From an uncultured Clostridia bacterium (GTDB taxonomy: Bacteria > Bacillota > Clostridia > Christensenellales > Borkfalkiaceae), in NCBI GenBank assembly GCA_944341895.1, contig CALVMB010000001.1, forward strand, positions 53,677 to 117,676: a stretch of DNA of 64,000 nucleotides, written 5' to 3'. Numbering within the stretch: the stretch's first letter is position 1; each line of letters starts with the position of its first letter. Shown here piece by piece: positions 42,930 to 52,349 of this stretch. The translations under genes and the position numbers were made by a program. The notes below the pieces were generated by a model that was given only the letters and a program-made list of their open reading frames with translations, searched no databases and was not told the origin of the DNA.

Positions 42930-44552
42930 TTACGAACGGCGGATCTTGACCACTTTCCCGCCCGTGAGCACGATCATCTTGATCGCGGGCAGGGAGAAAT
43001 CCGCCGCCTCGACGGTCAGGGACTTATCCAGCCTGCCGCGCGCGAGCACTTTGCAGGCGACCGCCTTTTTGTCGATCAGCCCCTTCGCCTGCAACGAAGC
43101 GAGGTCGACCGTCTCCCCTTCGCGGTAGTTCGCCGAAATGGTATCGAGATTGATATAGGTACGCTTTCCGAGCGCAAGGCGCGCCTCCTTGACCTCTGCA
43201 AGCGCGACGAGTTGTTTCGCCGTCGAATCGGTGATGAGCGACTCCGCCTCGTTCACCGTGACCGCATCGGTGACGGTGTAGGCGGACAGGCTCTCCACCT
43301 TGGCGCCCTCGCGGATCATTTCATCGAGCTGCTCTTCGGTGATGTTTTCGCCCGTCTCGCGCTTGGCGTAGACGCGGATGAGGCGGCGGCGGATGAGCGG
43401 TTCGCGCTCTTCATACGGGATGTCGAGGTGTTCCTCGAAGGAACCGACTTCCAGCCCGAATTCGCCCGCCGTCTGTTCGAGCAGTTCGAGTGCATAGGCG
43501 AAACTGCGGCTGCCCGTGATCTTATACCGCACGGGGACATTGGCGTACCGCTTTTTTTCGGATACGTCGCGGAAACGGTACTTTTCGTCGACGGCCGCGG
43601 GCGAAAGCGCAAAGTACACGATCAGGCTCTTGCGGTTGGCGTTGACTTTGACGAACTGCCGCCTGCCGACGTTGTAACTGTCATAATTCCAGCTCACGCG
43701 CTCCCTGACCCCGACGTTGGAAAGGATGGCGTTGCGCAAACGATTATAATACTCTTTGAATTCGTCGTCCGCCTGGATGAGGCGTGCCGTGAAACTGCGG
43801 CGGTACTGCACGAACACCTTGGCGCCCGTGACGGTGGTCACCAGCGCGTTGTCGAATTCGTCCCCTTCGCCCGCTTCTGCCTCGTCCTCCTCTTCGGCGG
43901 GTTCTTCCTCGTCGGCGGACGCGGGCTGCGCGGTCGCCTCTTCCGCGCATCCTGCCGCAGGCTCTTCGGCGGGCTCGGCGGCGGGTTCTTCGGTGACCGC
44001 TTCGGGTTCTTCGACGGGTTCTTCCGCAGGCTCTTCGACGGGCTCGGCGGCGGGTTCTTCGGTGACCGCTTCGGCTTCGGGTTCTTCGGCAGGCTCTTGC
44101 GCAACGGGCGCCTCGACAGGCGCTTCGCGCAGATCGGAGACCTCCTCCGCGGAGACATCTTCCGCGGACGTGTCCGCCGCGGCGGGTTCCTCTGCCGAAG
44201 CGGGGACCCATTTGGCGTACAGATGACCGCCGTGCATGGGCATGCGGTACACCTCACCGCACGGGCGGGTGCACTCCTCGTCCAGATACCAGCCCGCAAA
44301 CGCATATCCTTCGCGCGGCGCGGGCGGCTGCACGCGAACGGCGGTAAAGCCTGCGTGACGCACCACGATCGTTTTTCCATCGCCGACATGCAACGTCAGG
44401 CGGTAGCGCACCAACAGCAAAATCAGAAGGACGGCGATCGCGACGGCCGCCGCGCCGAGCACGGCGATCGCCAGCGTCTCTTTCCAGGTCACTGCCAGCA
44501 TCGGTAAGAACGAGTTTGTCTGCCATCCGCCTTGCGGCATAAAATCAATCAT
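42930..44552 (-). CDS. Membrane-anchored multidomain protein: TM, InlB B-repeat-like domain, acidic repeats, DUF5655-like domain, C-terminal uL15-like domain
   Basis: P.REGYAFAGWYLD...LYAKW; YRRSFTARLIQ; INLDTI...VDLASLQAKGLI...KVLARGRLDKSLTVEAADFS..A...I...GGKV; SD GGAGG; TTGCGT-17-TATAAT. Confidence 0.8.
   Translation of the reverse strand: MIDFMPQGGWQTNSFLPMLAVTWKETLAIAVLGAAAVAIAVLLILLLVRYRLTLHVGDGKTIVVRHAGFTAVRVQPPAPREGYAFAGWYLDEECTRPCGEVYRMPMHGGHLYAKWVPASAEEPAAADTSAEDVSAEEVSDLREAPVEAPVAQEPAEEPEAEAVTEEPAAEPVEEPAEEPVEEPEAVTEEPAAEPAEEPAAGCAEEATAQPASADEEEPAEEEDEAEAGEGDEFDNALVTTVTGAKVFVQYRRSFTARLIQADDEFKEYYNRLRNAILSNVGVRERVSWNYDSYNVGRRQFVKVNANRKSLIVYFALSPAAVDEKYRFRDVSEKKRYANVPVRYKITGSRSFAYALELLEQTAGEFGLEVGSFEEHLDIPYEEREPLIRRRLIRVYAKRETGENITEEQLDEMIREGAKVESLSAYTVTDAVTVNEAESLITDSTAKQLVALAEVKEARLALGKRTYINLDTISANYREGETVDLASLQAKGLIDKKAVACKVLARGRLDKSLTVEAADFSLPAIKMIVLTGGKVVKIRRS
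43950..44095. repeat. Coding tandem repeats of EEPA/EPEAVTEEPAAEP
   Basis: ggctcggcggcgggttcttcggtgaccgcttcgg occurs twice (~43972 and ~44042) among EEP(A/V) units. Confidence 0.75.
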
Positions 44553-44668
44553 CCTATCTCCTCCCGTTCAGATCTTTTTTGTTATGCGAATCATTATACC
44601 ATTCCCGAAACGTTTACGCAAGGGCTTTTTCAAAAGTGAGCGGTAAATTTTTGAGCCGCGGCAACCGC

Positions 44669-45769
44669 TCACCGCCCGCCCACCGAACGGGAAAACACCT
44701 CGTAAAGATCGGCTTCCTCGAAATGCACGGCGCAATTTTTGATGTTTTTGTTGCGCGCCGAGCGGGCGGCATAGTCGCGCAAAGTCGAGTCGTCGTAGCA
44801 TTCCCTCCTTCCGAAGAGCGCCGCCATGTTCTCCGAAAACGCCTGCAACGGCATGCCCAGCGCCTCGAGCACGGGCGCGGTGCGGGCGGGGTCCTTGCGC
44901 GCACAGATCTCCAGGAATACGGGCAGGAGCAATCCGTTTGCCCTGCCGTGCGGCACGTCGTGGAAATAGGTCAGGCAATACCCCATGCCGTGCACGGGCG
45001 AGGTGCCCGTATTGGCGATGACCGTGCCCGCGAGCATGGCGCCGAACAGCAGGTTCTTGCGCGATTCATAGGAAAAATGCCCCGAAAGAAGGGCGGGAAG
45101 TTCGCCCAAAAGCACGCGCAGGCTCTGCCGCGCAAGCGCATCGCTCAGGGCGCCCGCGCGCACCGAGAGCATCCCCTCCGCCGCATGCGAGATCGCGTCC
45201 GCCGCCGTGTTCACCGTGGTCGGCAACGGCAGGCTCATCGTATATTTCGCGTCCAGAAAAGCGATCTTCGGAAAGAGCGCGGGCGACGAGATGCTGGTCT
45301 TGGTCTGCTTTTCGTCGTTGGTGAGAATGGCGTACGGGGTGACTTCGCTGCCCGTGCCCGCCGTGGTGGGGATATGGATCATGGGCAGGACGTCGTCGGT
45401 GATCTTGTGCGCGAACACGTCCCCTTCCTGCACGCCCTGCCGCGCGAGCATGGCAACGGCTTTGGCGGCGTCCATGGGCGAACCGCCGCCGATGGCGACG
45501 ATGAGATCGGCGCGCATGTCGCGCGCGATGCGCGCCCCCTCCTGCACGCTCTCCACAGTAGGATTGGGCGGAACGGAATCGTACACCTCGTACGACTGGG
45601 CGTTTAAATTGAAGGCATGCACCACATCTTCGAGGGCACCGTTCTTTGCCGAACTCTTGCCCGTAACGACGAGCACGCGCTTGCCGAAGGGCGCGAACAG
45701 GTCGGCATGCTTTTTGATGCAGTCCTCCCCCGAAACGATCTTCACCGGCATATAAAACTGATACTGCAT
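44669..45769 (-). CDS. Iron-containing alcohol dehydrogenase
   Basis: GGGSPMDAAK, PTTAGTGSE, DAISHAAE, HG...HG; TTGACA-17-TACACT promoter at 45800-45828. Confidence 0.92.
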   Translation of the reverse strand: MQYQFYMPVKIVSGEDCIKKHADLFAPFGKRVLVVTGKSSAKNGALEDVVHAFNLNAQSYEVYDSVPPNPTVESVQEGARIARDMRADLIVAIGGGSPMDAAKAVAMLARQGVQEGDVFAHKITDDVLPMIHIPTTAGTGSEVTPYAILTNDEKQTKTSISSPALFPKIAFLDAKYTMSLPLPTTVNTAADAISHAAEGMLSVRAGALSDALARQSLRVLLGELPALLSGHFSYESRKNLLFGAMLAGTVIANTGTSPVHGMGYCLTYFHDVPHGRANGLLLPVFLEICARKDPARTAPVLEALGMPLQAFSENMAALFGRRECYDDSTLRDYAARSARNKNIKNCAVHFEEADLYEVFSRSVGGR

Positions 45770-45906
45770 ACGCTACCTCGCAACAGAAATTTCCCTTTCA
45801 GTGTACCGCCGAACGGGCGCGTTGTCAAGGGTGCGCGCAAATTCCGCGCAAAGAAATTGCCGCCGCCTTGCAGGCGGCGGCAGAATGTGCCGATCAAAGC
45901 AATATC

Positions 45907-46039
45907 TTCGGCGCGCGTAAAACGGCGGCCGGCGGTTCGGCGCGCGTAAAACGGCGTTCAGCCGTTGAGGCGCAGGGTGCCGCGCTCCGCCGCCTGGCAC
46001 AGAGTTCTTGTTCAGCCGTTGAGGCGCAGGGTGCCGCGC
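45907..46039. repeat. Two pairs of exact direct repeats at the 3' end of pyrD
   Basis: 21-mer at 45907-45927 and 45936-45956; 30-mer at 45956-45985 and 46010-46039, the latter being the pyrD end and stop codon. Confidence 0.85.
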
Positions 46040-46926
46040 AGTTCGTTCACGTCCGCGATGCCGTGCGCATCCAGCCAGGCATCCATGCCGCGGATGATTT
46101 TGGGCATGGCGAGCGTATCGGTAAAGTTCGCCGTGCCCACCTGCACCGCCGCCGCGCCCGCAACGATGAATTCGAGGGCGTCCTCGGCGCAGGCGATGCC
46201 GCCCATGCCGATGACGGGCACATCCACCGCGCGGCAGACTTCGTACGTCATGCGCAGGGCGACGGGTTTGACGCCCGCGCCCGAAACCCCGCCCGTATTG
46301 TTGGCGAGCAGCGGCCTGCGGCGTTCGAGGTCGATGACCATGCCCGTGAGGGTGTTGATGAGCGAGATGCAGTCGGCGCCGCCGCGCACCGCCGCCCGCG
46401 CGTTTTCGGCGATGTCCTCAACGTTGGGCGACAGTTTGACGATGAGCGGCGTGACGGACAGCGCGCTCTTTGCCGCGCGCGTCACTTCCTCCACGCTGGA
46501 AGGGCGGATGCCGAACGCCATGCCGCCGCTCTTGACGTTGGGGCAGGAAATGTTCAGTTCGATGAGGTCCGCCTTGCCGTCCAGCCGCGCGCAGATGCCC
46601 GCGTAATCGTCGAGGGTGCGCCCCGCGACGTTGGCGATGACGGCGATGTCCTTGGAACGCAAAAACGGGAGATCTTCTTCCAGAAAGACGTCCACGCCCG
46701 GGTTTTGCAATCCGACGGCGTTGAGGATGACACCGTGCCCTTCCGCGATGCGCGGCGTGGGGTTGCCGAGGCGGGGTTCGAGCGTCAGCCCCTTGGTGCT
46801 GATGCCGCCGAGCAACGAGATATCGTAAATTTCGTTGAATTCCTTGCCGAAGCCGAAGGTGCCGCTCGCCGCGATGACGGGGTTTTTGAGCGTGACGCCG
46901 CAGACGTTCACAGACAGTTTGCTCAC
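46012..46926 (-). CDS. pyrD: Dihydroorotate dehydrogenase B, catalytic subunit
   Basis: ASGTFG, ELNISCPN, KLSPN, INTL, GGVSG, QVGTA. Confidence 0.96.
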   Translation of the reverse strand: MSKLSVNVCGVTLKNPVIAASGTFGFGKEFNEIYDISLLGGISTKGLTLEPRLGNPTPRIAEGHGVILNAVGLQNPGVDVFLEEDLPFLRSKDIAVIANVAGRTLDDYAGICARLDGKADLIELNISCPNVKSGGMAFGIRPSSVEEVTRAAKSALSVTPLIVKLSPNVEDIAENARAAVRGGADCISLINTLTGMVIDLERRRPLLANNTGGVSGAGVKPVALRMTYEVCRAVDVPVIGMGGIACAEDALEFIVAGAAAVQVGTANFTDTLAMPKIIRGMDAWLDAHGIADVNELRGTLRLNG

Positions 46927-47690
46927 AGTTCCACCTCCCCGATCGCAAAGACGGGCCCGTCCTTGCACACGCGCACGTGCGCGCCCTGTTTTTTGCAGAC
47001 GCACACCAGGCAGGCGCCGATGCCGCAGCCCATGCGTTCCTCCAAAGAGACGTAGCAGGGCGTGCGCATGCCGCGCTCGGCAAGCCCTTCCTTGAGGGCG
47101 CGGAGCATGGGCAAGGGACCGCAGGCGAGGATGACGTCCGCCTGCGCGCTTGCCGCGTCCGCAAAGAACGCCGCCACCGCATTGGTCTTCTGCCCGTACG
47201 AGCCGTCGTCGGTGACGACGGTCAGCGTTTCGGACAGAGCCTTTGCGCGCCCTTCCATACACACCGCCGCCTTGGTGCGGAACCCGAAATAAGTATCGAA
47301 ATGTTTTCCCTTGCCCGCGTAATCGGAGAGCACCGAGAGCATGGGGAAGATTCCCACGCCGCCGCCGATGAGCGCGACGCGGCGCTCGCCCTCGTCCAGC
47401 CAGAACCCGTTGCCGAGGGGCAGGACGCAGGAAAGGGTGTCCCCCGCCCTGACGCGGGAGAGCGCCTGCGTGCCGCTTCCCTTGATCTGGTAGCAGATGG
47501 TGACCGTGCTTTCGGTGTGTTCGCACACGGCGATGGGACGGCGCAGAAGATGCGCGCCGTCGCCCGTGGAGATGTTGACGAACTTGCCGCAGGCGATGCC
47601 CTCGACGGGCGCGGGAAGTTCGAAGATCATTTTGCAGACGCCCGTGCAAAGGGGCGCGTTTTCGAGAACTCTGACGGTGATCTCTTGCAT
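46923..47690 (-). CDS. pyrK: Dihydroorotate dehydrogenase electron-transfer subunit
   Basis: LRRPI, GGGVGIFP, CGP, EERMGCGIGACLVC...VCKDGPVF. Confidence 0.95.
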   Translation of the reverse strand: MQEITVRVLENAPLCTGVCKMIFELPAPVEGIACGKFVNISTGDGAHLLRRPIAVCEHTESTVTICYQIKGSGTQALSRVRAGDTLSCVLPLGNGFWLDEGERRVALIGGGVGIFPMLSVLSDYAGKGKHFDTYFGFRTKAAVCMEGRAKALSETLTVVTDDGSYGQKTNAVAAFFADAASAQADVILACGPLPMLRALKEGLAERGMRTPCYVSLEERMGCGIGACLVCVCKKQGAHVRVCKDGPVFAIGEVEL

Positions 47691-47707
47691 GCTCTCTCCC
47701 CCGCCGC

Positions 47708-48670
47708 TCAGCCGCGGATGGCGCGGTTGAGATCCGCCTTCATGTCCTCGCACGCCTGCCGCGCAGCAACGTCGAACGGCATGCCCGCGTATTTTTCCTG
47801 ACGATACGCGCACAGGATGCCGCGCGAGGAGTTGACGATGCCGCCCAGCCCGTCTTTGCCGAAGCAGACTTTGAGGTCGTCCGCCTTGCCGCCCTGCGCG
47901 CCGTAGCCGGGGATGAGGAAGAAGGTGTGCGGCATCTCGCGGCGCAGGATCTGCGCCTGCACGGGATGGGTCGCGCCCACCACCGCGCCGACGGCGGAAT
48001 AGCCGTACTTGCCGATGCTCGGCTGCCCCCACTGTTCGACGAGCGAGCCCATGTATTCGTACACCGTCTTGCCGTTTTCCAGCCGCATGTCCTGCAACTC
48101 GCCGCTGGAAGGATTGGAGGTCTTGACGAGCACGAAAATGCCCCTGTCCTTCTGCTCCGCCCAGGTCAGGAAGGGTTTGATGCCGTCCGAGCCGAGATAG
48201 GCGTTGACGGTGAGGAAATCGGACGGGAACGCCTCGAAGGTCTCGCCCTCCGTTTCCGTTTCGCCCAAAAACGCCTTGGCGTAGCAGGACGCGGTGGCGC
48301 CGATGTCGTTGCGCTTGGCGTCCGCGATGACGAACAGCCCCTTTTCCGCGGCGTAGCGGAGCGTCTTTGCGAACGTCTCCAGTCCCGCGGGACCGTACAT
48401 TTCATAGTACGCGATCTGCACTTTCACGGCGGGAACGATGTCCGCGACGGCGTCCACGATCTTTTTGTTGAATTCAAAGACGGCTGCCGCCGCCTGTGCG
48501 AGCCCGCCGCTTTTCGCGCCTGCCGCGGCGCCCCGTGCCGCGACGGACGCGCGCAGGAGCGCGCCCTTGCCGCGCAGTTCGTCGGGCAGGTAATTGTAAT
48601 CGGTGTCCAACCCGACCACCGTCGGGTTGTCGGTCTTTACGATCTTGTCAATGAGACGGTCGACGATCAT
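47708..48670 (-). CDS. pyrF: OMP decarboxylase (type 2)
   Basis: VGLD, VK.QIAYYE, DAKRNDIG.T, GAVVGAT, PGYGAQGG, NSSR. Confidence 0.95.
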   Translation of the reverse strand: MIVDRLIDKIVKTDNPTVVGLDTDYNYLPDELRGKGALLRASVAARGAAAGAKSGGLAQAAAAVFEFNKKIVDAVADIVPAVKVQIAYYEMYGPAGLETFAKTLRYAAEKGLFVIADAKRNDIGATASCYAKAFLGETETEGETFEAFPSDFLTVNAYLGSDGIKPFLTWAEQKDRGIFVLVKTSNPSSGELQDMRLENGKTVYEYMGSLVEQWGQPSIGKYGYSAVGAVVGATHPVQAQILRREMPHTFFLIPGYGAQGGKADDLKVCFGKDGLGGIVNSSRGILCAYRQEKYAGMPFDVAARQACEDMKADLNRAIRG

Positions 48671-48676
48671 ATGCGT

Positions 48677-49336
48677 TTACTCCTTTGCGCCGTATTCCGC
48701 GAGGTAGGCGCGGATGGCGGCAACGTGTTCTTTGCCGGGGATGACTCCCTCTTCCAGCGCCGCGACGATGTCCGCGATGGTGACGATGGGATAGACGCGC
48801 ACGCCCTCTTCCTCATACGCGAGGCGGACGGCGGATCTTTCGCTGCCCAGCGCCTTTTCCATGCGGTCGACGGTGATGACCATGCCCGTGATGTCCACCT
48901 TCGCCGCGCCGCGCAGTTTGGGGAGCACCTCTTTGAGCGCCTTGCCGCTGGTCATGACGTCCTCGACGATGACCACCTTTTCGCCGTCCTCGGGCTGTTT
49001 GCCCACGAACATGCCGCCCTCGCCGTGGTCCTTGACTTCCTTGCGGTCAAAGCAGAAATTGACGTCCTGCCCGTACTTTTCGTGCAGGGCGACCGCCGCG
49101 GACAGCGCGAGCGGGATGCCCTTGTACGCGGGTCCGAACAGCGTCTGCACCTCCACGCCGTTGGCGCGGATGCAGTCGGCATAGAACCCGCCCAGGCGGC
49201 GGATCTGCGCTCCCGTCTTGTATTCGCCCGCGTTCAGAAAATACGGGGCGATCCTGCCGCTCTTGAGTTTGAACGTGCCGAATTTGAGCACGCCGCAGTC
49301 CGCCAGAAAACGAATGAACTCCTTTTTGTAATCCAT
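48677..49336 (-). CDS. pyrE: Orotate phosphoribosyltransferase
   Basis: FKLKSGR, FGPAYKGIP, RKEVKDHGEGG, VEDVMTSG. Confidence 0.96.
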   Translation of the reverse strand: MDYKKEFIRFLADCGVLKFGTFKLKSGRIAPYFLNAGEYKTGAQIRRLGGFYADCIRANGVEVQTLFGPAYKGIPLALSAAVALHEKYGQDVNFCFDRKEVKDHGEGGMFVGKQPEDGEKVVIVEDVMTSGKALKEVLPKLRGAAKVDITGMVITVDRMEKALGSERSAVRLAYEEEGVRVYPIVTIADIVAALEEGVIPGKEHVAAIRAYLAEYGAKE

Positions 49337-49348
49337 GGCCGTTCTCCT

Positions 49349-50620
49349 TTACCCTCTGTATTTGATTTCGCCGTCCACGACGGTATACCGCACCGCGCCG
49401 TACACCTCGGTGCCCGTGAACGGGGTATTTTTGCCCTTGGAAACAAACTGTTTGCCGTCGATGACCCATTTTTTGCCGAGGTCGGCGATCATGACGTCGG
49501 CGACGGCGCCCTCGCGCAGTTCGCCCCCTTCCAGCCCCAGGATGCGAGCGGGCGCGGCGCTCATGCGCTCGGCGAGTTGCGGCAGGCTGAGCACGCCTCC
49601 ACGGACCAGCGCGGTGTACGAGAGCGCGAACGACGTCTCGATGCCGCTGATGCCGAAGGCGGCGAGGTTGTATTCCACTTCCTTTTCGTCGCGGTGGTGC
49701 GGCGCGTGGTCGGTGACGATGCAGTCCAGCGTGCCGTCGCGCAGCCCCTCTTTGATCGCTTCCACGTCCGCCGCCTCGCGCACGGGCGGGTTGACCTTGG
49801 TGTTCGCGTCGAAGGACAGGATGATGTCGTCGGTGAGCGTGAAATAGTGCGGGCAGGTCTCGGCGGTGACGGCGACGCCGCGCGCCTTCGCCTCGCGCAG
49901 CAGTTGCACGCCGCCCTTGGTGGAGACGTGGCAGATGTGCACGCGCTTGCCCAGCGTTTCGGCGAGGATGATCTCGCGCGCGAGCATGACCTCTTCCGCC
50001 GCGCGCGGGATGCCTTTGAGCCCCGCGAGCGTGCTGTTGTAGCCCTCGTTGACCACGCCGCCGTCCACCAGCGATTTATCCTCGCAGTGCGAAAGGCATA
50101 CCAGTCCGAAGTCGGAGGCGTATTCCATGCCCAGCCGCATCATGCGCGCGTCGGAGACCGGCCGCCCGTCGTCGCTGACGGCGACGATGCCCGCCTCCTT
50201 CATCTTGCCCATCTCGGACAGTTGCGCGCCTTCCTCGCCCTTGGTGATAGAACCGATGGGATGCACTTTGCAAAGCCCCGCTTCCCTGCCGCGCGCGGCG
50301 ATGTAGCCCGCGACCGCGGCGTTGTCGCACACGGGCGAGGTGTTGGGCATGCAGCAGATCTGCGTGAATCCGCCCTTGACCGCCGCCGCGCTGCCGCTGG
50401 CGATATCCTCTTTATATTCGAACCCCGGTTCGCGCAGGTGCACGTGCATGTCGATCAGCCCGGGGAACACGTGCAGGCCCGCGGCGTCGATGACTTCGGC
50501 GCCCGCCGCGCGGATATTTTTGCCGATCTTTGCGATCTTGCCGCCCTGCAGCAGGATGTCGCATTCGCGCACCCCGTCCGCGAACACGGCGGCGCCGTTT
50601 TTGATGAGAATGTCAGTCAT
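49349..50620 (-). CDS. pyrC: Dihydroorotase
   Basis: [29 protein letters not shown]. Confidence 0.96.
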   Translation of the reverse strand: MTDILIKNGAAVFADGVRECDILLQGGKIAKIGKNIRAAGAEVIDAAGLHVFPGLIDMHVHLREPGFEYKEDIASGSAAAVKGGFTQICCMPNTSPVCDNAAVAGYIAARGREAGLCKVHPIGSITKGEEGAQLSEMGKMKEAGIVAVSDDGRPVSDARMMRLGMEYASDFGLVCLSHCEDKSLVDGGVVNEGYNSTLAGLKGIPRAAEEVMLAREIILAETLGKRVHICHVSTKGGVQLLREAKARGVAVTAETCPHYFTLTDDIILSFDANTKVNPPVREAADVEAIKEGLRDGTLDCIVTDHAPHHRDEKEVEYNLAAFGISGIETSFALSYTALVRGGVLSLPQLAERMSAAPARILGLEGGELREGAVADVMIADLGKKWVIDGKQFVSKGKNTPFTGTEVYGAVRYTVVDGEIKYRG

Positions 50621-51548
50621 TGGCGTTACCTCCCTGACGGTTTTTGCAAAGCAGGAACAGGAGCGCCATGCGCACGGCGACGCCGTTGAGCACCTGTTCG
50701 CAGATCTCGGAATTTTCGGCGTCGATGACGTCGGACGTGAATTCCACGCCGCGGTTGACGGGCCCCGGGTGCATGACGATGCAGTCCTTGTCCGCGAGGC
50801 GCACGTCCTCTTCGCCCACGCCGTAGAAGCGGGCGTATTCGGCAAGGGACGGGAACAGCCCGCCGTGCATGCGCTCGAGTTGGATGCGCAGCCCCATGAC
50901 CACGTTGGCGCCCGCGAGCGCCTCCTCGCGGCTCTTTGCGATCTTCGCGCCCATGCGCTCGATGCCCTGCGGCATGAGGGTGGCGGGCGCGAACATGGTG
51001 ACTTCCGCGCCCAGTTTGGTCAGCCCGAAGAGATTGCTCTTGGCGACGCGCGAATGCTTGATGTCGCCGAGGATGGAAACTTTCAGACCCTTGAACGAGC
51101 CGAACTTTTCGCGCATGGTGTAAAAATCGAGCAATGCCTGCGTGGGGTGTTCGTTCATGCCGTCGCCGCCGTTGACGACGGAAGCGCGCACGTGCCTGGC
51201 GAGCAGGTGCGGCGCGCCGCCCATCGGGTGGCGGATGACGATGACGTCGTTTTTCATCGCGTCGAGGGTGTGCCCCGTGTCGATGAGCGTCTCCCCTTTC
51301 TGCACCGAACTGGATGACGCGGAGATGTTGACGGTGCCCGCGCCGAGGTATTTGGCGGCGAGTTCGAAGGAACAGCGGGTGCGGGTGCTGTTTTCGTAAA
51401 AGAGCGTCGTCACCGTCCTGCCCTGCAGGTGCGGGAGTTTTTTGAGGTTCTGCGTGAGCAGTTTTTTCATGCCCACGGCGGTATCGAGGATGGCGGTGAT
51501 GTCCTCGGCGGACGTGTCGTACAGACCCAACAGATCTTTGCCTAACAT
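50613..51548 (-). CDS. pyrB: Aspartate carbamoyltransferase
   Basis: [31 protein letters not shown]. Confidence 0.97.
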   Translation of the reverse strand: MLGKDLLGLYDTSAEDITAILDTAVGMKKLLTQNLKKLPHLQGRTVTTLFYENSTRTRCSFELAAKYLGAGTVNISASSSSVQKGETLIDTGHTLDAMKNDVIVIRHPMGGAPHLLARHVRASVVNGGDGMNEHPTQALLDFYTMREKFGSFKGLKVSILGDIKHSRVAKSNLFGLTKLGAEVTMFAPATLMPQGIERMGAKIAKSREEALAGANVVMGLRIQLERMHGGLFPSLAEYARFYGVGEEDVRLADKDCIVMHPGPVNRGVEFTSDVIDAENSEICEQVLNGVAVRMALLFLLCKNRQGGNAND

Positions 51549-51563
51549 ATGGCGCTCCTTTGT

Positions 51564-52100
51564 TTATTCGCGCTCGCGGATGCCGAGGGAATCCTCTCCC
51601 TCGATCTCGCGCAGGCGCACGTCGATGAATTCGTGGCGGGCGGCGGGCACGTTCTTGCCCACGAAATCGGGGCTGACGGGCATTTCCCTGCCGCCGCGGT
51701 CGCACAGAACGAGCAGGCTGATCCTGGCGGGCCTGCCCAGATCGAAGATGGCTTCGATGGCGGCGCGCACGCTCCTGCCCGTATGCAGGACGTCGTCGCA
51801 CAGCACGACGTGCCTGCCGTCCACCGAAAAGCCGAGCGAATTGACGCGCGCGTCGGGCACGAAGTAGCCGCTGACCAGGTCGTCGCGGTACATGCCGATA
51901 TCGATGCCCGCGCAGGGAACGTCCGCGCCGTAATGCTCGGCGAGCAGCGCCCGCATGCGTTCGGCGACGATCTCGCCGCGGCGCGGGATGCCGAGCAGGC
52001 AGAGGTTTTCGGTGCCCCTGTTCTTTTCCGCGACTTCGTGCGTCAGGCGCACGAGCATGCGCCCGAGCGCCGCACCGTCCAGTAAGATACGCTCTCCCAT
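51564..52100 (-). CDS. pyrR: Pyrimidine operon attenuation protein / UPRTase
   Basis: MYRDDL, DDVLHTGRSVRAA, DRGGREMP..PDFVG. Confidence 0.93.
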   Translation of the reverse strand: MGERILLDGAALGRMLVRLTHEVAEKNRGTENLCLLGIPRRGEIVAERMRALLAEHYGADVPCAGIDIGMYRDDLVSGYFVPDARVNSLGFSVDGRHVVLCDDVLHTGRSVRAAIEAIFDLGRPARISLLVLCDRGGREMPVSPDFVGKNVPAARHEFIDVRLREIEGEDSLGIRERE

Positions 52101-52123
52101 TCAGCCTCCTTGCACGGTCCGCG

Positions 52124-52252
52124 GCACAAAAAAACCCGCGTCCGGATGCGCGGGGCTCGTACAAACAAAACACGAAATCGTCCCTGGCGGGCGTTCGTTT
52201 CCTGTTCATCTGCGGACTTCGCGGCATCACGGTACCGTACGGTTAAAGTCGT
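52124..52252 (-). promoter_or_regulatory. PyrR-type attenuator leader
   Basis: GACUUUAA...GGUACCGUGAUGCC...GAAGUC stem (variant PyrR binding loop); terminator CCCGCG...CGCGGG-U7 before pyrR; TATAAT at ~52263. Confidence 0.65.
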
Positions 52253-52349
52253 TGTTTTCCTGATTATAACACACGCCGCCCGCAATGTAAAGCGAACGGC
52301 GCAAGTTTTTAGCATCGGCATGCCTGTTCTTGTGCGCAGGTTATCAGGC

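Noticed and set aside
43950-46039. CRISPR-like repeats
   Set aside because: Only two copies of each repeat, coding or irregularly spaced, and no cas genes.
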